Positions 1 through 9,426 of a stretch of DNA of 64,000 nucleotides are shown piece after piece (position 1 is the first letter of the stretch; each line of letters starts with the position of its first letter). A program made the translations under genes and the position numbers. Source of the stretch: Bacteroidetes bacterium 37-13 (lineage in GTDB: Bacteria; Bacteroidota; Bacteroidia; Chitinophagales; LD1); assembly GCA_001897535.1 (NCBI GenBank), contig MKTC01000028.1:10409-74408 (forward strand), read 5' to 3'. The notes beneath the pieces are model-generated. The model was not told where the DNA came from, did not search any database, and worked only from the letters and a program-made list of their open reading frames with translations.

Positions 1-1109
1 CCTTTTAGTTTTAGCACCGCTAAGTATTCTAAAATACGCTCTTTCACTTTTTCAATTCCGTAATGGTCGGTATCTAAAACCCGCTTCGATTTTTTTATGT
101 TGAATTGGTCTTGTGTGTAACTTCCCCAAGGCAAATCTAAAACGGTATCAATGTAATTCATCACCACGCTAAACTCGGCAGCCGCAGGGTTCATGCGTTG
201 CAGTTTATCTAATTCTTTCTCTACCGTTTCGCGCACTTGTGTTGGTGGGTTTAGCTTTTCCAACTTTTCACGTAGGCGCTGAATATCTTTGTCGGTGCTA
301 TTCATTCCTAATTCTTCCTGAATAGTTTTGAGTTGTTGGTTCAGAAAGTAATCGCGCTGTTGCTTATCAAATTCGGTGCGAACTTTATTTTGAATTTCAT
401 TTTTCATTTCAAGCACTTGCAATTCATCTTGCAAATACTTTAAAACAAGTTTCACGCGATCGCGCATATCTGCCATTTCGAGCAGGTCTTGTTTCTTTTT
501 AATTTCAATATTTAGGTTTGATGAAATGAAGTGAACCAGTGTAACCGGATTGCCGATATTTTTTAATAAAATTGAAGCATCAGTTGGAATTTGCGGGTTG
601 ATTTTTATGATGTTGTTCGCTAAATCTTTAATGGTTTCGAGCGACACATTAAACTCTTTATCGTTGAGCGGGATAATATCTTCTAAAAGCTCAATTTTAG
701 CTTTCATAAAAGGCTCGGTGGTAAGCAAAGAAGTTGCGATAAAGCGATTTCTACCTTGAATGATGGCGGTTGTAGAACCATCGGGCATTTTTATCAAGCG
801 TAGAATTTGCGCAACAGTTCCAATTTTAAACAAGTTGTTAAATTCCGGCTCTTCAATATTTGGGTCAGATTGACCGACAACACCAATCAACTTCGTAGTC
901 TTATACGCCTCTTTGACAGCCAGAATACTTTTATCTCTTCCCACGGTAATGGGAATAGCCACACCCGGAAACAACACGGTGTTTCGCAAAGGCAAAAGCG
1001 GCATTTCTAAAGGTATATCGCTGGTTTTGGCGACATCGTTATCATCGGGAATAATAGGTAAAAAATCTCCTTCTTCATCACCATTTTGCGCAATAAAATC
1101 AAAAGTCAT
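1..1109 (-). CDS. lon: ATP-dependent Lon protease, 5' part (runs off left edge)
   Basis: Manual minus-strand translation from ATG 1109: MTFDFIAQ...MPLLPLRNTVLFPGVAIPITVGRDKS...DHYGIEKVKERILEYLAVLKLK. Classic Lon N-domain and pre-AAA motifs; not in the ORF track because it is incomplete. Confidence 0.95.
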   Translation of the reverse strand, partial: MTFDFIAQNGDEEGDFLPIIPDDNDVAKTSDIPLEMPLLPLRNTVLFPGVAIPITVGRDKSILAVKEAYKTTKLIGVVGQSDPNIEEPEFNNLFKIGTVAQILRLIKMPDGSTTAIIQGRNRFIATSLLTTEPFMKAKIELLEDIIPLNDKEFNVSLETIKDLANNIIKINPQIPTDASILLKNIGNPVTLVHFISSNLNIEIKKKQDLLEMADMRDRVKLVLKYLQDELQVLEMKNEIQNKVRTEFDKQQRDYFLNQQLKTIQEELGMNSTDKDIQRLREKLEKLNPPTQVRETVEKELDKLQRMNPAAAEFSVVMNYIDTVLDLPWGSYTQDQFNIKKSKRVLDTDHYGIEKVKERILEYLAVLKLK

Positions 1110-1151
1110 CTTGGCAGTTTTAAAAATTAAAAAAACAGAAACTTAATATAG

Positions 1152-1166
1152 TCAATAGCTGTGCCA
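1152..1166 (-). promoter_or_regulatory. sigma54-like -24/-12 motif upstream of lon
   Basis: Minus strand TGGCAC-AGCTA-TTGA; consensus is TGGCAC-N5-TTGC, so one mismatch. Confidence 0.45.
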
Positions 1167-1186
1167 AAAAATGAAATGAGCAATTT

Positions 1187-2311
1187 TTAATTTCTTGCGA
1201 ATCGCTTTTTTAAATTGATGAAAGGCAATTCAAAGAAACGATACGACAATGCAGAGATTGATAAAGTGAGTACAATAACTAAGGAGTAAGCACATAAATT
1301 TAATACAAGATTGTTTTCAAACGTAGGCAAGTATTTCTTTAAAAATATAAACACGGCTGGTATAATAAATGGATGATACATGTAAATGCCGTAAGAAATT
1401 GTGCCTAAATAAGAAAAGAAAGATGGCAGTTTAATCTTGTTAAGTACACTGATATATAGAATGAGATAGCAGAACAATGATGAATACAGCAAGTTATGAA
1501 TTCCTTGAATTGTGATACCATTATACAACAGCACAAATGTGAGTGTAAAGATAGCTGCTCGAATAGGAAAAGAGAAAAACCAACCACTCAACTTTTCTTT
1601 ATGAAAATAGACCAAATACGCTCCGATGCCTCCAATTGCCATACATTCAAATCGCGTAACTTTTAAAAATTCAACAGCATACTCAAAAAAGCTGTGAGGG
1701 TATTTACTTTGAAGAAAAGCAAATAGAAACTTGAAAGCATACTCAATAATTATTACACCCAAAATTGCACGTAGCGGCTTTTTAATAAACTTAATTAGCA
1801 ATGGCCAAAAAAGATAAAACTGTTCTTCAACGCCAATGCTCCAGGTGTGCCCAATAAATAGAATTGTTTTTCCGGCTATTACTAATCCGAGATTAGAGAA
1901 AAAGGTAAAATACATGAGCAGAATAGCAGGCGAATAAGTTTGAAAACTTTCATAGCTTTCATTGAAAATACTCAAATATGGAAGAATGAAAATTCCTACT
2001 ATCACTATGAGATAGTAAAGCGGCCATATTCGCAGAACCCTTCTTAGATAAAATTGTTTTATTGAAACTGTACTATATTTTTCCTTTTCTCCAAGTAGTA
2101 GATAAGTAATTAAAAAACCACTTAAAACAAAGAAAAAAGTAACGGCTACCGGACCAATAAACTTAATAAAAGTATTCGGAAAACTATTTGAAAGCCCAAA
2201 GTCAAGAAGTTTCGCTTCTTCAATATGATAAATGACTACTAAAAATGCTGCAAAAAATCTAAATGGATCTAAGCCCGGAAAATATACTGTAGTCTTTTTT
2301 TCAATAGTCAT
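1187..2311 (-). CDS. Acyltransferase family 3 (OafA/YrhL-like) membrane O-acyltransferase
   Basis: LDPFRFFAAFLVVIYH, AVTFFFVLSGFLIT, FYLRRVLRIWPLYY, HTWSIGVEEQFYL, GTISYGIYMYH, SYRFFELP motifs. Confidence 0.92.
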   Translation of the reverse strand: MTIEKKTTVYFPGLDPFRFFAAFLVVIYHIEEAKLLDFGLSNSFPNTFIKFIGPVAVTFFFVLSGFLITYLLLGEKEKYSTVSIKQFYLRRVLRIWPLYYLIVIVGIFILPYLSIFNESYESFQTYSPAILLMYFTFFSNLGLVIAGKTILFIGHTWSIGVEEQFYLFWPLLIKFIKKPLRAILGVIIIEYAFKFLFAFLQSKYPHSFFEYAVEFLKVTRFECMAIGGIGAYLVYFHKEKLSGWFFSFPIRAAIFTLTFVLLYNGITIQGIHNLLYSSLFCYLILYISVLNKIKLPSFFSYLGTISYGIYMYHPFIIPAVFIFLKKYLPTFENNLVLNLCAYSLVIVLTLSISALSYRFFELPFINLKKRFARN

Positions 2312-2553
2312 TTGTTTTTAAGTAGTTGTTTCTTGCCGGCTAAAGTAATTTGGCGCTGCTATTATGATATATTTTATTCAAAGTTAAACCGCTTTTTAAT
2401 TGTTGCGGTATTTAGTTTAGCGTAAGCATTACACAATTTTTAATTCCGCTCTATGGCAAATGGGCAATCTTTTTTAGAGAGCAAAAACCAAATACACACC
2501 AATAAATCTTAAACTACTTCGTTTCTTCGTTTTGCGTATTATTTTAGCACCAA

Positions 2554-5500
2554 ATGAGCGAAAACCGCTATAGCGAATTACTGAATAAATTAGATGCATT
2601 TACCCGCAAATATTACCTGAATGAAATTTTGCGCGGAGTAATATTTACAAGCATTTACGTGCTTGTACTTTTCCTATTCGTAAATCTTGCGGAGTATTAT
2701 TTGTTTCTTTCTACCACCTTGCGAAAAGTTCTTTTTTATGGCTTTTTGTTTTCATCTGCTTTAGTATTTACACGTTTTGTATTGCTACCACTTTTTAGAT
2801 ATTACAAATTAGGCAAAATAATTTCGCACGAAACTGCTGCTGAAATTATTGGCAAACACTTTGCAGAAGTAAAAGATAAACTGCTCAATGTTTTGCAGTT
2901 GAAAAAGATGGAAAACAGTAGTGATATTTCGCTTCTGCAAGCAAGCATACAGCAAAAAGCAAATGAACTAAAACCAATAAATTTTGCACTGGCGATAGAC
3001 CTTAAACAGAACCGAAAATACGCAAAATACTTGTTGCCTCCGGCATTGATTTTGCTTTTCATCATCATTGCTGCGCCAAATGTAATTACCGAAAGCAGCA
3101 AGCGCTTATACCTCAACAATCAAGAGTTTGAAAAAGCAGCACCATTCACTTTTATAATTGAAAATAAAGAGTTGAAGGCATTGCAAAATACTGATTTCAC
3201 ACTGCAAGTACGCATGGAAGGAAACAGCTTGCCTGCAGAAGTTTATGTAGAAACAGAGAAACAAAATTTTAAGCTGAAAAAACTTTCAGCAAACACCTTT
3301 TCGCACACTTTTAGTTCACTTCAGCAATCGCTTTCTTTTAATTTACAAGCAAATGGTTTTCGCTCCAAAACATATCGAATTGAAGCGCTTGCAAAGCCTA
3401 CCATTGCTTCGTTTGATGTGCGTTGTAACTACCCTGCTTACACCGGAAAGCAAGATGAAACTTTGCGCGGAACGGGTGATTTGAGTGTGCCGCTTGGAAC
3501 TAAACTTTCTTGGCTTTTCAAAACCACAAACACTTCACAGGTTGAGATTAAAACCGATGCGCAAACTTTTAAACTTTCACCAAAAGAAAGCGATAAATTT
3601 CTGTTTGAAACTACAGCAAAACAATCGTTGCGCTATACTGTTTTTATTTCTAACAACGAAACAGGAATTCAAGATTCTGTAAACTATTCATTAAATGTAA
3701 TTCCCGATTTGTATCCAACAATTGAAGTGAGTGAAAAGCGCGATACCAGCAACAAAGATTACTTCTATTACATTGGCGAAGTTGGTGATGATTACGGTGT
3801 AAAAAATCTCACTTTTCATTATTCGATTGAACGCGAAGATTCTTCGCAGAATGCAAGCAGAAATCAAGTGGCTAATGTGCCAATTGCTTCAGGAAACACC
3901 AATGCTCGATTTACCTATTTCTGGAATCTAAAAGAAATTGGTTTAAAGCCGGGCGACAAAATGAATTACTATTTTGAAGTGTGGGACAACGATGGCGTAA
4001 ACGGAAGCAAAAGCACACGCAGTAGTTTGTATAATTTCAACATGCCTTCGCAGCGCGCGCTGGAGAAAGAAATTGATGCACAAAGCGATGAGTTGAAAAA
4101 AGATTTAAGTGCTTCAATGAAGCAAGCAAAGGATTTAAAAGACAAATTGAAAGATGCCCAAGACAAATTGCTCGAAAAGAAAAATTTGAATTGGGAGGAC
4201 AAGAAAAATCTAAACGACCTTGCCGATAAACAGAAAGAATTACAGGAGCAACTCAAGGAAATAAAAGATAAATTAAACGAAACTTTAAAGAAACAAGAAG
4301 ACGTAAATCCTGCGAGCGAGCAGCTAAAGCAGAAGCAAGAAAAATTGCAAGAACTTTTCAATAAAGTATTAGACGATGAGATAAAAAAACTCTACGACAA
4401 ATTAGCTAAAATGCTCGAAGAACTGAACAAGAAAGATGCAGTAGAAAAGATGAGCGAAATGCAAATGAGCAATGAAAAATTAGAGAAAGAACTTGACCGA
4501 ATGCTCGAACTTTTTAAAAAGTTAGAATTCAACAAAAAGTTAGAAGAAACAGCAAATAAATTAGAGCAGTTAGCTAAAAAGCAAGAAGAGTTAGCGAAGC
4601 AAACCGAAGAGCAAAAAGAAAATGCAGCAAACGATAAACAAAATAAAAATGCCGATGCTCAAAAACAAGAGCAACAAAAGCAATTACAAGCAGAGCAGAA
4701 GAAGTTGCAAGAGCAACTAAAAGAAGCGACAGAAGATTTGAATGAACTTAAAAAATTGAACGAAGAAAGCAAGAGCGAACAAGATATGAAAGAGGCAGAG
4801 CAAAACATGGAAACTGCCGAAAAGCAAATGGACGATGCGCAACAGCAAATGGAGCAAAGCCAAAATCAAAAAGCTTCGCAGAACCAAAAAAGTGCTGCCA
4901 ACAACATGAAAAGTGCTGCTCAGAAAATGAAAAATATGAAGAACCAAATGGAGCAAGATGCTTTGGCTGAAGATATGCAAGCACTGCGCCAGTTGCTTAA
5001 AAACATTATGAAACTTTCGTTTGAACAAGAAGGCTTAATGAATGAACTAAAGGCAATTAACATCAACAACCCCAAGTATGTACAGTTGATGAAAACACAG
5101 CAAAAAATTCGCGAAAATTCTAAGATGGTTGAAGATAGTTTGTACGCACTTGCACGCAGACAAGAAAGCATACAAAGTTTTGTTACCAAAGAAATGAATA
5201 ATGTAAATCGCTACCTTGCAAAAACGATTGCACATTTAGAAGATAGATATATTTCAAATGCGCTGAGCGACCAACAATTTGTAATGACAGGCTACAACAA
5301 CTTAGCACTAATGCTTAGTGAAAGCCTACAAAATATGCAAATGCAAATGAGCGAAAGCCAAAGCGACCAGCAACAAAGTGGCAAGCCAAGTGCAGCATGT
5401 AAAAAGCCCGGAAAAAACAATAAAGGAATGCCCAATATGTCGCAAATGCAAAAGCAGTTGAACGATAAAATAAATCAGTTGGGTGAAATGATGAAACGCG

Positions 5501-5967
5501 AAGGTGCAGGGCAACAAGGCAATAGAGAATTTCAAAAAGAATTGAGCAAGCAGTTTAGCGAATTAGCAGGTAAGCAAGCAGAGCTAAGAAAAGCTTTAGA
5601 AAAAATGAACCAAGAGCAGAATAAAGATGGTAAAAACTCTTTAGGCAACTTAGGAGAAGCTATTGAGAAAATGAACCAAACCGAAACACAATTGGTAAAT
5701 AAGCAACTTACTACTGAAATGCTTAAACGCCAACAAGAAATATTTACACGTTTGTTAGAAGCAGAAAATGCACAGCGCCAACGCGAAGAACAACCCGAAA
5801 GAGAAAGTAGAACAGGGCAAGATACCAATAGAAAAATGCCGCCTTCTTTAGAAGAATATTTAAAACAGCAACAGCAACAAGCAGATTTCTTTAAAACAGT
5901 TCCGCCTTCGCTAAAGCCTTATTACAAACAACTCTCAGAGCAATATTTTAGAAATTTGAGTGAATAG
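2554..5967 (+). CDS. DUF4175-like membrane-anchored protein with Ig-like region and long Q/K/E coiled coil
   Basis: 3 N-terminal TM segments, DDYGV and YYFEVWDNDGVNGSK motifs, long coiled coil, C-terminal PYYKQLSEQYF. Confidence 0.75.
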   Translation: MSENRYSELLNKLDAFTRKYYLNEILRGVIFTSIYVLVLFLFVNLAEYYLFLSTTLRKVLFYGFLFSSALVFTRFVLLPLFRYYKLGKIISHETAAEIIGKHFAEVKDKLLNVLQLKKMENSSDISLLQASIQQKANELKPINFALAIDLKQNRKYAKYLLPPALILLFIIIAAPNVITESSKRLYLNNQEFEKAAPFTFIIENKELKALQNTDFTLQVRMEGNSLPAEVYVETEKQNFKLKKLSANTFSHTFSSLQQSLSFNLQANGFRSKTYRIEALAKPTIASFDVRCNYPAYTGKQDETLRGTGDLSVPLGTKLSWLFKTTNTSQVEIKTDAQTFKLSPKESDKFLFETTAKQSLRYTVFISNNETGIQDSVNYSLNVIPDLYPTIEVSEKRDTSNKDYFYYIGEVGDDYGVKNLTFHYSIEREDSSQNASRNQVANVPIASGNTNARFTYFWNLKEIGLKPGDKMNYYFEVWDNDGVNGSKSTRSSLYNFNMPSQRALEKEIDAQSDELKKDLSASMKQAKDLKDKLKDAQDKLLEKKNLNWEDKKNLNDLADKQKELQEQLKEIKDKLNETLKKQEDVNPASEQLKQKQEKLQELFNKVLDDEIKKLYDKLAKMLEELNKKDAVEKMSEMQMSNEKLEKELDRMLELFKKLEFNKKLEETANKLEQLAKKQEELAKQTEEQKENAANDKQNKNADAQKQEQQKQLQAEQKKLQEQLKEATEDLNELKKLNEESKSEQDMKEAEQNMETAEKQMDDAQQQMEQSQNQKASQNQKSAANNMKSAAQKMKNMKNQMEQDALAEDMQALRQLLKNIMKLSFEQEGLMNELKAININNPKYVQLMKTQQKIRENSKMVEDSLYALARRQESIQSFVTKEMNNVNRYLAKTIAHLEDRYISNALSDQQFVMTGYNNLALMLSESLQNMQMQMSESQSDQQQSGKPSAACKKPGKNNKGMPNMSQMQKQLNDKINQLGEMMKREGAGQQGNREFQKELSKQFSELAGKQAELRKALEKMNQEQNKDGKNSLGNLGEAIEKMNQTETQLVNKQLTTEMLKRQQEIFTRLLEAENAQRQREEQPERESRTGQDTNRKMPPSLEEYLKQQQQQADFFKTVPPSLKPYYKQLSEQYFRNLSE

Positions 5968-5978
5968 CGATTTACTTC

Positions 5979-7352
5979 TTAGGATTTTTTTCCACCTAAA
6001 AGGCCTCCACGTTTAATTACATCATCAATAATAATTAAGCCAATTGCATAAAATGGCATTACCGGTATTTTATAGCGAACCAACGCACCAAAATTAAAAC
6101 TCGTAATACCTACTGCAAATGCGAGAATAATAGAAAACATAAAGCAGAAAGTAACATTGGAATCTAAGGCAAAAGCCTCCGGTAAACGGACTATTTTTGT
6201 ATGCCAAAGTATGCTTAGAGTAAGGTACATAAAAGCCATTCCTTCAAGCGAAGCCATAATATTAAATATGCTTCGTGCTTCAAAAATAAAAGGGCGAAAT
6301 AAGGTAACCACAATACCTTGGGGAAAAATTTTTAATAATCCCATAAGAGTAAAATCTCCAGCACCGACAATGGTGTAAGAAGAGCCTCCCGTCATTTGAT
6401 GCCAAGATTGATAACCTTCTGCAGTTTTTTGTAAGTTATTTATTGAATACTTTCCTAAGCTGTTACCAAACTCCCCGATTAAAAGAACTGAAAGTCCAAT
6501 AGCTGCAACCATAAAAAAGGGACCTGTAACTATTCTAAGAAAACTACTACTTATTTTCTCCTTATATTTTGTAATTAGCCAATACCCCGCAGCCGGAATA
6601 AACGACAGAAGAATATATCCTTTTAGTTTGCCGACAACAATAGCCATTACAATACCGACCAAAATATTTTTAACCATACTCTGCCGCTTTATTAAACCAA
6701 AATATATGTTGTATGTAAGCCAGCAAATTCCCATGTAAGTTAGCGTATCTTTCATAATTCCCGAACTCCAAAACACTGCTGATGGTATGAACAAAGTAGC
6801 TATTGCTAATGGCTTTTTTAAGTGTGGATACATATCGTAGAACACTATAAAAAGCCGCCAAGAACCTAAGAACGCCAAGTAGCCAAAAACAAGTGAAGTG
6901 CAGAGGAAAGAATTCAATCCAAGCATGTTTATGACCGAAGTAATTTTTACGAAATAAACCTCTGAGCTTCCATACTTCATTAAGTAGCCATAACCTGTGC
7001 CGTCTGAGGAGGAAATAAACCGATAGAACAATCCGATGTTATCACTAAAAAGATATTGTGTAGCATCTCCGGGATGTTTAAAAAAATATCGCAACCATTG
7101 GTAGCTCCAATGGTAAAAGCCCGTTGTATCACCTCCACCATAGAAGTATAGGTAAATAAAACAAAATGCCAATGACGCAATCAACTTAAACATTAAACCT
7201 TGCCCGTAGTATTTGTATATTTCAGGATCTCCGGTAAGGTATCGTTGTCTGTATCTATTGCCTAAATAATAGATAATGGCAAAGTAGATAGGAAAAAGAG
7301 CAAAATCGAAAGGGGTTGGATCCGCCAATTGATGTATTCTTCCTAAAACCAT
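5979..7352 (-). CDS. Polytopic membrane protein, probable GT-C/Wzy-like glycan polymerase or transferase
   Basis: ~10 TM segments, GGGDT loop after TM2, WSSGIMKDT, FRPFIFE, NFGALVRYK. Family assignment is inference. Confidence 0.55.
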   Translation of the reverse strand: MVLGRIHQLADPTPFDFALFPIYFAIIYYLGNRYRQRYLTGDPEIYKYYGQGLMFKLIASLAFCFIYLYFYGGGDTTGFYHWSYQWLRYFFKHPGDATQYLFSDNIGLFYRFISSSDGTGYGYLMKYGSSEVYFVKITSVINMLGLNSFLCTSLVFGYLAFLGSWRLFIVFYDMYPHLKKPLAIATLFIPSAVFWSSGIMKDTLTYMGICWLTYNIYFGLIKRQSMVKNILVGIVMAIVVGKLKGYILLSFIPAAGYWLITKYKEKISSSFLRIVTGPFFMVAAIGLSVLLIGEFGNSLGKYSINNLQKTAEGYQSWHQMTGGSSYTIVGAGDFTLMGLLKIFPQGIVVTLFRPFIFEARSIFNIMASLEGMAFMYLTLSILWHTKIVRLPEAFALDSNVTFCFMFSIILAFAVGITSFNFGALVRYKIPVMPFYAIGLIIIDDVIKRGGLLGGKKS

Positions 7353-7495
7353 TTTGTAAAACTAACTGAATTTTGAGCAAACATAATATTGGAGTGTAAA
7401 CTTTAAGGTTTAAATTATATTCACACTTACTTTATTGCGAATTACTGAATATTCGCAAGCATTAAATATTACTGCTTTTTAAGCACTATTAAATC

Positions 7496-8389
7496 ATGAA
7501 TTCATATAGCAACCCTCGCTTATTGGTAACTGGAGCCACAGGATTTTTAGGAAGTAGTTTATTGCCCATTGCGCTTGAAAACTATGAAGTACATTACATT
7601 GTTCACGAAAATCTAAGCCCATTTAGCAACGCCTATCCGCATCAAGTTTCGCTCAATGATTTTTCTACACTTGCGCGAGTTATTCGCCAAATAAAACCAA
7701 GTATAATTTTACACTTGGCTGCTGTAACCGATGCGAATTTTTGCGAAGTTTTTCCATGGAGTGCCTGGAAAATAAATGTAGAAACAACCAAACACTTAGC
7801 ACTAATTGCAGCACAAGAAAATATTAAACTTTGCTTTGCTTCTACCGATATGGTTTTTGATGGCGAAAAAGGAAATTATACGGAAACAGATGTGGCTACA
7901 CCGATAAGTAAATATGGAATACAAAAGGTAGAAGCGGAAAAAATAGTTTTAAATGCTTCATCACAAAATGCAATTTTTCGTTTGCCGCTTATGTTTGGCT
8001 CACTTGCGAAGAAAAATTATTTTGCACATGTAATTACAGCATTAAAAGAACAGAAACCTATAAAATTATTTACTGATGAGTACCGCACCATTTGTGGTGT
8101 TGAAAGTGTAGCAACTGGCATTATTACGCTTTTAGAAAAAGCAAACGGCATTTTCCACTTAGGCGGACCACAAAGAATTTCGCGCTATGAATTTGGATTG
8201 CTTGCGGCTAAAATTTTTAAGTTAGATAGCCATTTAATTATGCCATGCTTGCAATCTGAAATTAAAACTACAGCGCCTCGCCCAAAAGATGTATCGCTAA
8301 ATTCAACAAAGGCTATATATTTGGGTTTTAGACCAAAAGGTTTAGAAGAAGAACTACGCATAATTGCGCATGAAGCAACTCTCTCTTAA
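7496..8389 (+). CDS. RmlD-like NAD(P)-dependent sugar-nucleotide reductase (SDR)
   Basis: GATGFLG, STDMVFDG, YGIQK (YxxxK), PRPKDVSL. Confidence 0.85.
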   Translation: MNSYSNPRLLVTGATGFLGSSLLPIALENYEVHYIVHENLSPFSNAYPHQVSLNDFSTLARVIRQIKPSIILHLAAVTDANFCEVFPWSAWKINVETTKHLALIAAQENIKLCFASTDMVFDGEKGNYTETDVATPISKYGIQKVEAEKIVLNASSQNAIFRLPLMFGSLAKKNYFAHVITALKEQKPIKLFTDEYRTICGVESVATGIITLLEKANGIFHLGGPQRISRYEFGLLAAKIFKLDSHLIMPCLQSEIKTTAPRPKDVSLNSTKAIYLGFRPKGLEEELRIIAHEATLS

Positions 8390-9407
8390 ATGTAAATTTT
8401 TGCTGTATGGAATGGTGTATTGTTGTATGCACCTTTCTACTTTTGCACAAGATGCCGGCCGGTATAAAATAATATCTTACAATGTAGAAAATCTATTTGA
8501 TACAGTTGCCAGCAACAAATACAGAGATAAAGATTTTACGCCTACCGGAAAGTTTGAGTGGAACACCCAACGCTATAAAGCCAAATTAAACAATTTATCG
8601 AAAGTGGTTGATGCAGTTTGCGATAGCACACCACTACTGTTTCTTGGCGTGTGCGAAGTAGAGAATAAAAAAGTAGTAAAACATTGGTTGAAAAATCCCT
8701 TAATGGCAAAGCACCATTTAGGTTCTATCCATTTCAATTCCATGGATCCGCGCGGAATTAGTGTAGCACTTCTTTACAATAAAAAATTATTTACGCCTAA
8801 AGTTAAAGAAGCAATTCACCCGCGTTTTGATTTGGATACAAGCTATAAGGCGCGAAATATTTTATACGTAAAAGGCAACTTTGGTAAAGAAGAAATTCAT
8901 GTATTTTTAAACCATTGGAGTACACGAAAAGGTGGCGCAGAAAAAAGCGATTCACGCAGAGTAGAAACAGCAAAATTACTTAGAAAAAAAATTGATGAAA
9001 TACAGGCGGCAAATACCAATGCAAAGATTATAGTAATGGGCGATTTTAATGACCCACCATTTGCAAAAAGCATTTCGGAGGTTCTAAATGCAAAGCAAAG
9101 TGAATTGACATTAAAAGAGAATAGCCTATTCAACTTGATGAGTGAATCTGCTCTGCGTGGAAAATACACTTTCGATTTTGCAGGCGAGCAAGATATGCTT
9201 GACCAAATAATTGTTTCAGAGAACTTCGTGAACAACAACTGCCGTTTGTGCATTGATAAAAAGCGCGGTTATGTTTTTCAACCGAAATGGTTGATGTATA
9301 AGAGCAGTAAATTTGGACCTATGCCGTTTAGAACTTATGAAGGTTTTAAATACGTTGGCGGCTTTAGCGATCACCTTCCGGTTTATTGCGATTTAATTGT
9401 GAAATAG
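8370..9407 (+). CDS. Endonuclease/exonuclease/phosphatase family protein, probably secreted
   Basis: SYNVENLFD, GVCEVEN, NHW, MGDFND, LDQII, GGFSDHLPV. ATG at 8370 preferred over the TTG at 8364. Confidence 0.88.
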   Translation: MKQLSLKCKFLLYGMVYCCMHLSTFAQDAGRYKIISYNVENLFDTVASNKYRDKDFTPTGKFEWNTQRYKAKLNNLSKVVDAVCDSTPLLFLGVCEVENKKVVKHWLKNPLMAKHHLGSIHFNSMDPRGISVALLYNKKLFTPKVKEAIHPRFDLDTSYKARNILYVKGNFGKEEIHVFLNHWSTRKGGAEKSDSRRVETAKLLRKKIDEIQAANTNAKIIVMGDFNDPPFAKSISEVLNAKQSELTLKENSLFNLMSESALRGKYTFDFAGEQDMLDQIIVSENFVNNNCRLCIDKKRGYVFQPKWLMYKSSKFGPMPFRTYEGFKYVGGFSDHLPVYCDLIVK

Positions 9408-9426
9408 CCATTATTCCACACTTTGT

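Noticed and set aside
550-1146. Short plus-strand ORFs here, and the many similar antisense ORFs across the window
   Set aside because: Shadow frames of well-supported genes (here lon) with no recognisable motifs.
4000-5900. A-rich low-complexity stretch as a nucleotide repeat array
   Set aside because: Explained by Q/K/E-rich coiled-coil coding; no exact periodic repeat seen.
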